DNA from: a virus
DNA: 64,000 nucleotides
Virus record (IMG/VR): IMGVR_UViG_3300017987_000085
Location: 3,937 to 67,936 of that record
Reading direction: 5' to 3' (one strand)
The notes below the pieces were generated by a model, which saw only the letters and a program-made list of their open reading frames with translations, ran no database searches and was not told the origin of the DNA. Shown piece after piece: positions 9,124-17,767 of this stretch. Each line of letters starts with the position of its first letter. Position 1 is the first letter of the stretch. The position numbers and the translations under genes are program-made.

Positions 9124-9255
9124 GTGGCCCGGGACTTGCTTCTAGCAGCAGCGATCGCATGTTGTGCCATTACGGCAGTGGCAGTGCTTGCGATCGTGGG
9201 GCGTGCTTGGCGTCGACATAGGGGTACGGAATCGTTCGAGGATTGGTGGTACTAG
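9124..9255 (+). CDS. Small single-pass membrane protein
   Basis: VARDLLLAAAIACCAITAVAVLAIVGRAWRRHR after G-rich RBS. Confidence 0.4.
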   Translation: MARDLLLAAAIACCAITAVAVLAIVGRAWRRHRGTESFEDWWY

Positions 9256-9376
9256 CGATGTCCGTAGCAACGGCAGGCCAAACCTACAGCGAACGCATCG
9301 AGGTCGCGCGTTGAGCTCGACCGACAGCTCCTGGTCGAAGCGTTGATCCGTGGGCGGTTGCGGATGGGGAGGGTTT

Positions 9377-9775
9377 ATGACGAGAACTGAAATTCTGAAG
9401 TGGTTGCGGACAGACTATGACCCTGAGGATTCGCCTCTGGCGGAGAAGGAGAATGCATTCCGGCAGGGCTTGGCATTGATTCTCGAAGCTGTGTGCCCCA
9501 AAGCAGAGCCCGCGCTGTTGGAAAGGGTTAGGAATAAAGTACAGCCTACGTGGCCTGCGCCGTACAGGCTGCTGTGTCCTCCTCCAGCGGACTTGGAGAA
9601 TGCACTTCATGAGGCGCTGGCATTAATGATTGAGAGGTTGGACGGGAGCGATGGGTTGAATGGTACGGATACGTCCTTTTACTATTGCTTTGAGACGATT
9701 CACCATATTCGAACGAGCGGAACAAGGGCGGAAGAGCAGAAAAGAACAGGAAAGCACAATGAAGAAGATGCCTGA
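9377..9775 (+). CDS. Hypothetical protein
   Basis: RBS GGAGGG; ORF. Confidence 0.55.
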   Translation: MTRTEILKWLRTDYDPEDSPLAEKENAFRQGLALILEAVCPKAEPALLERVRNKVQPTWPAPYRLLCPPPADLENALHEALALMIERLDGSDGLNGTDTSFYYCFETIHHIRTSGTRAEEQKRTGKHNEEDA

Positions 9776-9941
9776 GGGGACGTCTGATACGAGCCGGATC
9801 CGTGTTGAAATCATCGCTACTGGCAAAGCAATCTACCCACAATCGTGGCCGAGAGAGTTGTTGCTGTGGACGACTGCCAACCATAGGATCCGTGCTTTTG
9901 CAAGGGGGCTTGAAAAGCGATTGAGGTGGTTGTGGTGGTAG
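9759..9941 (+). CDS. Hypothetical protein
   Basis: Fills the gap between coupled ORFs. Confidence 0.35.
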   Translation: MKKMPEGTSDTSRIRVEIIATGKAIYPQSWPRELLLWTTANHRIRAFARGLEKRLRWLWW

Positions 9942-10324
9942 AGAAATTCGATCCGGAGAGATTTCAGCTCAACGTTGGTGGTGAGGTAACGCCTGGATGG
10001 ACTGAAGTAGATCCTTCGGCATGGGAAGACCAGTGCGAGGCATGCGGAGCCAAGAGCGTATTCTTTGAGGCTTCGCTTCCCCTAGCTCTTCTCGAGGTTG
10101 CCCAGGAGGGCAGGGTCCGGGATCTTGTGATGGATGTACTGACAGACATGCTCGCTGATCAAGCTAAGGTACCGTGTTCCGAAGCATCAGTCAGAACCGT
10201 TGCTGAGAAACTCAATGAACGATTCAAGATCGAAGGAGTCTGGGCCATGGTGCCTTGGCGAATTCAGCTCTGTCCTGAATGCGGCGTAGTGTTTCACAAG
10301 CGTATTGAGGAACTGTATGACTAA
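9926..10324 (+). CDS. Hypothetical Zn-finger-like protein
   Basis: CEACG and CPECG pairs. Confidence 0.55.
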   Translation: MVVVVEKFDPERFQLNVGGEVTPGWTEVDPSAWEDQCEACGAKSVFFEASLPLALLEVAQEGRVRDLVMDVLTDMLADQAKVPCSEASVRTVAEKLNERFKIEGVWAMVPWRIQLCPECGVVFHKRIEELYD

Positions 10325-10508
10325 CTCGACCTACGGTGAACGCATCGAGGCCGCACGCAAGGAGAAGGGCTGGTCGCGTGTTGAGCTCGGCCGACGCGTC
10401 GACCGAACGCCGCAGGCGATCCACATGTGGGAACGCCAAGGCCGCATGCCCCACGTTGCAGTCCGGAGGAAGCTCGAGGAATTGCTGGGGGTGAAGCCTC
10501 CGAAGTAG
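10317..10508 (+). CDS. Cro/XRE-family HTH protein
   Basis: YGERIEAARKEKGWSRVELGRRVDRTPQAIHMWERQGRMP. Confidence 0.85.
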   Translation: MTNSTYGERIEAARKEKGWSRVELGRRVDRTPQAIHMWERQGRMPHVAVRRKLEELLGVKPPK

Positions 10509-10540
10509 GATGGTTCGTGGCGCCATACGCCACGGGGGAG

Positions 10541-11362
10541 ATGGAACATATGGGCACGAACGCCGGGATTGTCATCAACGTTTCGATTCCTTTGACGCTG
10601 TTCCCACAACGACTTGATCACCTGAAATGTGTTGTTGATGCTGTCTTGCCGCAAATGCAGCGCACGGATCGTCTTGTGTTTGTCGATGATAGAAGTTGCA
10701 AAGAGGTCCAGGAGTACCTGGCGTCCGTTGCGGCTGAGAGCCCGTTGCGGATCCAGGTGATCCATCGAGACCTCGCCTCCTTGCCCGAACGGTTGAGCGA
10801 GGATGGTCGACCCTGGCGGTTGGCCTCCTCGCGCAACCTGGGCGTTGCTAAGCTCGGAGATTGCGCGTTCTACGTGTTCCTCGATGCGGATTGCGTGCCG
10901 ATAGAAGGCTGGCTCGAAGCGTATCGGGAGATGCGAATGGCGCACCTCTTTAAGCTCCCGCGAGTAACGTTCGGTCAAACCCAACACCAAGGACTGACAC
11001 ATTCGGAAGGTTCTTACTTGGATCCGCGGCTTTGCGGCCGGGATCCCGGTGACATGGTCCGACGTTTGGTGGCGCTGTTTGAGCGTGGCGGCGGCGGAAA
11101 CATGGCGATTTGTCATTACGCTTGGGAGCAGACAGGTGGGTTCGATGAAGCATTTGACGGCGGGTTTGGCTATGAGGAGACGGAACTTGCGTGCCGAGCA
11201 TATGAACATGGCGGAGAGGTGCTGTACGTGCCGGATGCGAAGGTGCTGCATCTCTACCACTCTCGGACCAAGACACACTTCCACAACATGGAACGAAACC
11301 GGCGGTTATTCATGGTCAGGACGGGGTTGTCGGCGTTCGCACGGAACGTGACTCAAGCATGA
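10541..11362 (+). CDS. Glycosyltransferase family 2 (GT-A, GT7C-like C-terminus)
   Basis: VFVDDRS, SSRNLG, VFLDADC (DxD), GGFDEAFDGGFGYEETEL, VLHLYH. Confidence 0.9.
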   Translation: MEHMGTNAGIVINVSIPLTLFPQRLDHLKCVVDAVLPQMQRTDRLVFVDDRSCKEVQEYLASVAAESPLRIQVIHRDLASLPERLSEDGRPWRLASSRNLGVAKLGDCAFYVFLDADCVPIEGWLEAYREMRMAHLFKLPRVTFGQTQHQGLTHSEGSYLDPRLCGRDPGDMVRRLVALFERGGGGNMAICHYAWEQTGGFDEAFDGGFGYEETELACRAYEHGGEVLYVPDAKVLHLYHSRTKTHFHNMERNRRLFMVRTGLSAFARNVTQA

Positions 11363-11610
11363 CGCTCGAAGTCGGCTCGAGGGTTCTGACACCGAAAGGG
11401 CTTGGTGAGATCGTCGGGAAGGATCTTCCGGAGAGCGAGAGACTGTGGCGTTGGACCGTTCTCTTGGATGTGCCGTGGTGGGGCCGGCGGAAACTGTGTT
11501 TCTGGCCGAGAGAACTGAGACTGGAGGAAGTCAAGGAGGGGCGGCATGAACATCACGAAGGTGAAAGTGAAGGGCGCTCGGATCCACATCACGTGGATAA
11601 CGCCTTGTGA
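11359..11610 (+). CDS. Hypothetical protein (SH3/KOW-like N-terminus)
   Basis: LEVGSRVLTPKGLGEIVG; ATGA coupling. Confidence 0.45.
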   Translation: MTLEVGSRVLTPKGLGEIVGKDLPESERLWRWTVLLDVPWWGRRKLCFWPRELRLEEVKEGRHEHHEGESEGRSDPHHVDNAL

Positions 11611-12217
11611 GGGGTCAGGCGAACCGGACGAACACGAACTGCGTTCGAACGAAAGGCCAGCACAGCCATTCATCGATGCGATGCTTGGTCTGAGACAGGC
11701 GATCGTCGAAGAGGCGGAACTCCCAGAAGAGATGACAGAACAGATCACTCCGGTAGGCCTTAGCATCAAGCACTACGACGATGGGCGTATGGGCGCAGTG
11801 ATCTCGGGCACTCGGAAGCTGACCAACAGCAATTCGCCCTTGGTTCTCAACACGCCGCACAAACCAAGCGAAGGAGCCAATGAGACGGATCAGACCCCAT
11901 TGCTTGGTGAAGACACGACGGCCGCGGTCGACAAGGTCATCCATGAGGCGGTGAAGTACATCCAGGGGGAACGGGCGCCAAAGGATCAACAGTCGTTGCC
12001 TTTTGAAGAGAAGGCTTCGCCGAAGGATGAGATTCCGACGGTCGAAATCGATTTGGCTGCGAACTGTTCGGAGTGCGGTAAGCCAGGCGCAACACCGAGT
12101 GGCCTCTGTCTCGCATGCCTGGCAAAGAGGGTTGAAGCTCCATCAGAAGAGCCAGTTGGGGCGGCTGCGGCGTGGAAAGCAGACACGCTAATCAGTAGAA
12201 CGGGAGCGTTGCGGTGA
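11546..12217 (+). CDS. Hypothetical phage protein with C-terminal Zn-finger
   Basis: RBS AGGAGG; CSECG...CLAC. Confidence 0.65.
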   Translation: MNITKVKVKGARIHITWITPCEGSGEPDEHELRSNERPAQPFIDAMLGLRQAIVEEAELPEEMTEQITPVGLSIKHYDDGRMGAVISGTRKLTNSNSPLVLNTPHKPSEGANETDQTPLLGEDTTAAVDKVIHEAVKYIQGERAPKDQQSLPFEEKASPKDEIPTVEIDLAANCSECGKPGATPSGLCLACLAKRVEAPSEEPVGAAAAWKADTLISRTGALR

Positions 12218-12304
12218 GACCGCGTAACGCATATGCAATCCGAGACAGCGAGAGGAACCCCCTCTACGGAGGCCCGGAAGGGTGCGTCTTGTCATCCAGC
12301 AAGT

Positions 12305-12410
12305 GCGGTGGTATGAGAGGTTCCCCCATTGAGATTGCCGCTGTAAAACGAGGCGTCGGTACACGCCTACCGTTCTACGCAGCCGGAGTAGCGCCCGGCC
12401 AGCCGCCCCA
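12305..12410 (+). ncRNA. tRNA-like element 1 (acceptor stem + T-arm + CCA, non-canonical core)
   Basis: gcggtgg/cagccgc acceptor with one mismatch, T stem gccgg/ccggc, 3' c-CCA; internal long hairpin. Confidence 0.4.
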
Positions 12411-12509
12411 CAAACAAGGAGAAACCATGAAGGTACTGAGCGAACAACAGAGAGTTAGCTTTCGGAAAGTAGCGGATCGAAGAGTACATGCGGGACTAGG
12501 AGGAGGACT

Positions 12510-12965
12510 ATGAAGACGCTCGATCTTAAGCGGTGTGTGATGTGCGGATGGGTTGGGACAAGCGAACAGATGGCTAGTGGCAGTACATCGGAGTCGAAGG
12601 GGTATGATTTCTGCCCGGGTTGTGGGGCAGACGATTTCGAGGAGGTTATTGCTACCGGGACGCCAATCATCATTGAAACACGTTGCGGTGAAGCCAAGAG
12701 TGATTGGGGTGTATCTCTGAGCGGCAGCAGCCATCCAGACAAAGCAGATTATCTGGCGTGCGCAGACGCTACCCAGGCTCACTACTTTGCGGAACTGCTG
12801 TTGATCGCTCGGGGGGAACTCCTTGCAGAACGAGTGCTGCTGCACCTGCTATCTGCGACAACTCTGCTTGGTGAAGAGTCGGTAAAGATTCCAGTGCGTT
12901 TCAAGGATAAGCAGTTCGTTGTCTCAATGTTCGCGGAGTTGGCCAGTGAGGACGACGCGAGATGA
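12510..12965 (+). CDS. Hypothetical Zn-ribbon protein
   Basis: RBS GGAGGAGG; CVMCG...CPGCG. Confidence 0.6.
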   Translation: MKTLDLKRCVMCGWVGTSEQMASGSTSESKGYDFCPGCGADDFEEVIATGTPIIIETRCGEAKSDWGVSLSGSSHPDKADYLACADATQAHYFAELLLIARGELLAERVLLHLLSATTLLGEESVKIPVRFKDKQFVVSMFAELASEDDAR

Positions 12966-12984
12966 CCAACGGGGCGGCTGCGGC

Positions 12985-13164
12985 ATGAACAAGCAAGCCC
13001 AACGCAAGGTGAAGACGTGGTGCAGTCTGACGTTCACACCTAGCGCAATGCAGACATTCGGCACACGGTGGATGTATGCACGCTACGTCCGACGATTCCT
13101 TGCACGGCATCATCGCTATCCGTTGCCGCAGGACTGGCCTGGGAAGCGGCGGCGGGGGAAATGA
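12985..13164 (+). CDS. Small basic hypothetical protein
   Basis: ORF only. Confidence 0.35.
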   Translation: MNKQAQRKVKTWCSLTFTPSAMQTFGTRWMYARYVRRFLARHHRYPLPQDWPGKRRRGK

Positions 13165-13211
13165 AGGCGAGGAGCACGATTCGCTCCATGTTGAGTAAGT
13201 AGCGCCAAAAG

Positions 13212-13337
13212 GGTGGCTGTGGTGTGGAAGGACATGCAAGGGACGATGTTTGGTTGCCCACGAGCCAAACGGACCTGGCGAATCGTGGAAGGCCGTGCAC
13301 GGCAGTGCGTTAGCCGGGGCAGAGTCGGCCAGCCACC
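13212..13337 (+). ncRNA. tRNA-like element 2
   Basis: ggtggctg/cagccacc terminal stem, D-arm-like tggtgtggaaggacat, T-arm-like gccgg-ggcagag-tcggc; intergenic. Confidence 0.45.
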
Positions 13338-13358
13338 TAACGGCGCCGAAGGGAAGCA

Positions 13359-15017
13359 ATGAAGCGAACGACAACCCTTGACCATCTTGTAGACTGCCTC
13401 TTCGAGGCGTTCGATCCCCGATGGGTGGAGTCCTCAGCCCGACCGGATGTCCAGGCCGTGGTGGATGGCTTGCTTGATCTTGAGGTCAAGCAGATCTGGG
13501 ATGCGTCGAAGGGCGTCATCCGGACGCGACGGAAGCGCCGTCTCGGAATCCGCTTTCCCACGAGCTACGCGGTCAAGTACAAGCGGTGGATTCAGAGTCA
13601 TGTGGACGGTGTTCACGAGATTGCCCAGACATGGGTCGAGAACGATCTGGTGCCGGCACTCGAGGCTCATTTGCAGGAGCGTGGCGACGCACAGTCAAAC
13701 GTTGCTTCCTCACAAGTCGCGAAGCGAGACGCAGTAGACAAGATCAGCGACAAGCTCGATGAACTGAAGAATCTCTTCTATTCGTTGGCAACGGTAGATG
13801 CGCTACAGCAGCAGGTCGAGGACTACTCGCGGATGATGCTCGAGTACTCCAAGCGTAGCTGGGCTCGATCGATTCATCAGATTCGCAAGCTTGATCCGCT
13901 GACCAACGACGCGGCGCTTGAGGAGATTCTGAAAGCCCATGTCCATGAGAACGTCCGGCTGATCAAGTCGATCCCCGAGAAGTACTTCGGTGACGTCGAA
14001 CGTGTCGTGATGGATGGTGTCCGTAAGGGCAAGGGCATCAAGGAAATCACCGATGAGATTACGAAGGTGTATCCGTCGAAGACTGCCGGACTGATTGCCC
14101 GCGACCAATGCGGGTCGTTCTGTGGCGCATTGTCTCGGGAGCAGTTCAACCAGGCAGGGCTGAAGACCTACATCTGGCGGAACATGCAGGATGAGCGTGT
14201 TCGCGGTAACCCCATGGGGCGTTTTCCGAATGCGAAGCCAAGTCACTGGGACCGCGAGGGGAAGGTCTTCGCCTGGGATGAAGCAAACGGCGAAATTCCC
14301 AGCGATGGACATCCTGGCTTTCCGATTGCCTGCAGATGCTGGGCACAGGTCCAGGAGGAGGAAGCGCTTTACGATCCTGAGAACACTGTTCAGCCTGGGG
14401 AGTTCTACGATGAGCTGCCAGAATCGAAACTTCTCGTGCAACCTGGTAGGCCAACGCCGTCGAAACCGAAGAGCTCGGCGAGCCCTCGTTCAAAACCTGT
14501 TGAGAAAGATTCGCTCGAAACGGCAATTGCGCAAGCAACAGCTGATCTGCACCGGCCCAGCAAGCCGCGTGTACGGGAGAAGTGCTGGGTGATTGGTTCG
14601 GGAGGAGAGGTTCGCCTGACTAAGATCGGAGGAAAACACTCCATTGAGCATACGGCAGATGAAGTGCGCGTGATGAGGGATGCTATCTACGTGCATAATC
14701 ATCCGAGTGGTGTCTCTTTGTCGATTCAGGATGTCTATTTCGCGCAACGTGCTGGCATACGCGAGATTCGGGCAATCGGAAGCAAGTACAGCTACTCTGC
14801 CTGTTGGGAAGGGGAGATGCCATCGAAGTTCACCTGGGTAGCAACTGCGCAAGATATTGACCACGCACTGTACCGGAAATACCGAGTTTTGGTGAATAGC
14901 GGCAAGCTGCCGCCGGTGGAGGCGAGCATGCAACACCAACACGAACTGTGGACAGAGTTCGCAGAGAAGATGAAGGATCTAGGGCACAAGTTTGTCTACA
15001 GGAGGTGGCTGACATGA
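13359..15017 (+). CDS. Phage minor head protein (MuF/SPP1 gp7) with C-terminal JAB/MPN-like extension
   Basis: LIARDQ, YIWRNMQDERVR, HWDREGKVF, HPGFPIACRC; C-terminal VHNHPSGVSLSIQD. Confidence 0.88.
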   Translation: MKRTTTLDHLVDCLFEAFDPRWVESSARPDVQAVVDGLLDLEVKQIWDASKGVIRTRRKRRLGIRFPTSYAVKYKRWIQSHVDGVHEIAQTWVENDLVPALEAHLQERGDAQSNVASSQVAKRDAVDKISDKLDELKNLFYSLATVDALQQQVEDYSRMMLEYSKRSWARSIHQIRKLDPLTNDAALEEILKAHVHENVRLIKSIPEKYFGDVERVVMDGVRKGKGIKEITDEITKVYPSKTAGLIARDQCGSFCGALSREQFNQAGLKTYIWRNMQDERVRGNPMGRFPNAKPSHWDREGKVFAWDEANGEIPSDGHPGFPIACRCWAQVQEEEALYDPENTVQPGEFYDELPESKLLVQPGRPTPSKPKSSASPRSKPVEKDSLETAIAQATADLHRPSKPRVREKCWVIGSGGEVRLTKIGGKHSIEHTADEVRVMRDAIYVHNHPSGVSLSIQDVYFAQRAGIREIRAIGSKYSYSACWEGEMPSKFTWVATAQDIDHALYRKYRVLVNSGKLPPVEASMQHQHELWTEFAEKMKDLGHKFVYRRWLT

Positions 15018-15220
15018 ACGAAGGGTTTGCGCTCGACGATCAAGAAGTCAGTCGGTTGAAGTACAGCAGCGTGTGTTCGAAATGCAAACATTTGCGCGAG
15101 CTGTGGAGCTGCAAGGCATTCGATGAGATCCCTCTTGAGATCTGGAATGGCGAGAACGACCACACTGAGCCATACCCGGGAGACCACGGGATCCAGTTCG
15201 AGAAAGCGGAGAGTGAGTAA
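15014..15220 (+). CDS. Small Cys-rich protein coupled to MuF-JAB
   Basis: RBS AGGAGG; CSKCKH...CKAFDEIPLEIWNGENDHTEPYPGDHGIQFE. Confidence 0.7.
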   Translation: MNEGFALDDQEVSRLKYSSVCSKCKHLRELWSCKAFDEIPLEIWNGENDHTEPYPGDHGIQFEKAESE

Positions 15221-15396
15221 TGGATGCGTGGCTTCTTTTCCTGTGGGCGACTCCTGAGAGGGGTGCACGCCGCCGTGGCCAGGGGAAGCGATTCGATCCA
15301 GCCTACCGTTCGTCAAGGCATGTGGCGACGAAGGCCAAGAAGCAGAAGCGCAAGGCGGGGCAGGCTTCGAAACGACGGAATCGGAGGCGGAAGTGA
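15220..15396 (+). CDS. Small highly basic protein
   Basis: TAATG coupling; ends KAKKQKRKAGQASKRRNRRRK. Confidence 0.4.
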   Translation: MDAWLLFLWATPERGARRRGQGKRFDPAYRSSRHVATKAKKQKRKAGQASKRRNRRRK

Positions 15397-15580
15397 ATGC
15401 CACGGAGCAACTGTGTCGGCTGAGGCTCAGCCCCAGCGGCAACGAATCATGCGATCGCATCACGCTGGCTTGCGTCATCTGCGTGTGGAAGCTTGCTCGA
15501 GCGATGGGATTTACTCCGCTGGTACCGGATCCGTCCCCGCGGCTTGATCCTGTTCCCTGCGCGGAGTGGGTCGATGACGC

Positions 15581-16087
15581 GTGAAAGCCAAGGGCTACAT
15601 CGAGCAGATGCGCGGTGCTGAGCGGAAGGTAGGCTTCAGCGGGGCGGCTCATCAGTTGGTCTGCGACCTACTCTACGAAGTGAATGAGATTCGCCTTCAG
15701 CGCAATGCACGATCGCGTGATGCTATCGGCGCGATCTTCCGCGAGCAGGATCAGAAGTGGACGGCAATCTGCCGGTTGGACAAACGGCTGGATCCGGAGG
15801 GCTTCCGCCGACTGCTGAAACGCGAGTTTCTTGAGGTATGGGATCTGTGGCGCAGTTCGTCGCGGCCGCCAAAGGAGCCGACATTGCGAGAGGAGGAGAA
15901 TGGCCATCCAAGACCTGAAGAAGCTACTGAGGAGATACCGGTTCCGATACACGAGCGAGCGGGAGCTGCAAGACGGGATCGAGACAATGCTGACGCAGGA
16001 AGGGCTTCCATTCCAACGCGAAGCAAGCGTCGTCGGCGGGGCAATCGATTTCTTAGTTGGCTCCGTCGGGGTCGAAGTGAAGATTGA
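15581..16087 (+). CDS. Hypothetical protein
   Basis: GTGA coupling; C-terminus overlaps the next gene. Confidence 0.5.
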   Translation: MKAKGYIEQMRGAERKVGFSGAAHQLVCDLLYEVNEIRLQRNARSRDAIGAIFREQDQKWTAICRLDKRLDPEGFRRLLKREFLEVWDLWRSSSRPPKEPTLREEENGHPRPEEATEEIPVPIHERAGAARRDRDNADAGRASIPTRSKRRRRGNRFLSWLRRGRSED

Positions 16088-16121
16088 TGGCAGCACTGCA
16101 GATCTCATTCGACTACGATGA
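15900..16121 (+). pseudogene. Probably truncated PD-(D/E)xK nuclease
   Basis: RBS AGGAGG; ERELQDGI...FQRE...IDFLVGSVGVEVK, then stop at LIRLR where QxxxY would be expected. Confidence 0.55.
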
Positions 16122-16273
16122 GACCTTCGCTTCAATCCTCAAGGGGTTGTGGTGAAGCGCTGAGTGAACTCTCGCAACAGAAGGATTCTTTTGTTGCGAA
16201 AGACCCAAGGCGCGAGACACGTGATAGGGACAGGGTTTCCAGGTGATTCAATGGGCCAAACTGCAGCGATGGC

Positions 16274-16301
16274 TTGACCTCTTCGTGTGTATCTGTATAC
16301 T
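16274..16301 (+). promoter_or_regulatory. sigma70-type promoter
   Basis: TTGACC-16-TATACT in an AT-rich patch upstream of RBS and ORF 16337. Confidence 0.55.
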
Positions 16302-16336
16302 AATCTTAGTGTATAGAACCACAGAAGGGGGATGTC

Positions 16337-16552
16337 ATGACCACAGCAACGGTCGACCGCACGGAAACGCTTCGAGATCTCTATGTGCAACATCGACTCG
16401 ACGAGTTGTGTCATGGTGGCATTTCGCCGGCGGGATGTTTCTGGTGCGGTGGGCGGCACCCGAGTGACTGCTGTCCTCAGCAACGTGGGGAGATAACAGA
16501 GCTCTCCGATGCGCCGGGCATGCTGGTTGTGAGGCAACGCAGTTTCTTGTAG
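16337..16552 (+). CDS. Small Cys/His-rich hypothetical protein
   Basis: RBS AGGGGG; CFWCGGRHPSDCC. Confidence 0.55.
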   Translation: MTTATVDRTETLRDLYVQHRLDELCHGGISPAGCFWCGGRHPSDCCPQQRGEITELSDAPGMLVVRQRSFL

Positions 16553-16567
16553 CGAGGGAGGTCAGGG

Positions 16568-16759
16568 CTGAACGCAAGGGCGAACGAGACCAAGGTACAG
16601 AAGCGCCGGGATGGCCAATGCTTTACAGCCGTGCCGGCGTTTGTGCGTGATGACATGCGCCTTGAGGGCGGATCGCTCCTCAAGTGGACCCCCGTCGGAC
16701 CGGGGCGGTGGCAGATTGAGGTGTCGGGGTTTGAGGAGCCGAAGAGGGGGGGAGAATGA
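16568..16759 (+). CDS. AbrB/MazE/SpoVT-like DNA-binding protein (CTG start)
   Basis: RBS GGGAGGT; TKVQKRRDGQCFTAVPAFVRDDMRLEGGSLLKW; absent from the ORF track. Confidence 0.6.
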   Translation: MNARANETKVQKRRDGQCFTAVPAFVRDDMRLEGGSLLKWTPVGPGRWQIEVSGFEEPKRGGE

Positions 16760-16939
16760 ATCGTCGAAGGCGTAACCAGGTGCTACCTCTCAGTACGCCA
16801 TGGTGGTGGAGGGCGTGGCGAAGAAGCTGGTTTCGTAGCTTATGGTGGAGACATTGGGGCATCAGGAAGTATCGATTCACTCCCAGCATGGATCTAAGAA
16901 CACGCCACGATAACTAGAGAATCAGGGGAGGAGGAACAA

Positions 16940-17767
16940 GTGGGCAAGTATCCAGTAGGCACACTAACGCCAGCAGCCGAGCATCCCATCATCTATCGCG
17001 GCGACATGGTCCGGGCAATACGTGAGGATCGGAAGACGCAGACGCGGCGGCTCCGTGGGCTTCGCAAGATCAACGCGAGGCCAGACGAGTGGATGCTGGT
17101 AGAGGTTCGATCCGATGGTTCGTCAGCTGTGTTCGCGTGGAAGGGGTCCACGGCGGGGAATGTCGACGTCGCTGAGATCCGCTGCCCGTGGCACATCGGA
17201 GATCACTTGTGGGTCCGGGAGGCATGCCGCGCTGAGGAGCTAGAAACCGGGCAAGATGGAGTACGGTATCTGGCGGACGACCAATTCATCCCAATCCCCA
17301 ACAGTAAGGCTATAGCCGACGTCTGGGGTGACCTCTACTGGTACAGGGCAAAGAAACGTGAGGATGGTCTAGGCAAGGTTGTCCCTTCTATCCACATGCC
17401 CCGTTGGGCATCGCGAATCGATCTTGAGGTAACGGGCTTCTGGTATGAGCGGGTTCAGGACATCCATAAATTAGAGGCGGTTGAAGAGGGCGTGGAGTAT
17501 CGAGACGGATACTGGCTGGGTGGTATCCATCCTGTCAAGGGATCTCTGCAGCGTTGGTCAACAGCGCGACAGGCGTTTGCGAAGCTCAGGGATTCCATCC
17601 ACGAAACCCCACGTCCAATCAAGAAGCGCCGAGTGATCACCCACTACGTCTCCCATCCCTGGGAGAGCATCCAGGAGGACCGCACGTATCGGGGCAAGCC
17701 GTGGTACGTACGCGGGAACCCGTGGGTGTTGGCAACGACGTTCCGGCGGATTGAGGGAGGAGCATGA
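16940..17767 (+). CDS. Conserved phage protein, ASCH/PUA-like
   Basis: PIIYRGDMVRAIREDRKTQTRR, GDHLWVRE, PSIHMPRWASRIDLEV, NPWV. Confidence 0.75.
   Translation: MGKYPVGTLTPAAEHPIIYRGDMVRAIREDRKTQTRRLRGLRKINARPDEWMLVEVRSDGSSAVFAWKGSTAGNVDVAEIRCPWHIGDHLWVREACRAEELETGQDGVRYLADDQFIPIPNSKAIADVWGDLYWYRAKKREDGLGKVVPSIHMPRWASRIDLEVTGFWYERVQDIHKLEAVEEGVEYRDGYWLGGIHPVKGSLQRWSTARQAFAKLRDSIHETPRPIKKRRVITHYVSHPWESIQEDRTYRGKPWYVRGNPWVLATTFRRIEGGA

Noticed and set aside
16125-16205. IS200/IS605 end or ribozyme at the twin hairpins
   Set aside because: No transposase or TnpB, and no complete catalytic core; kept only as part of the cassette finding
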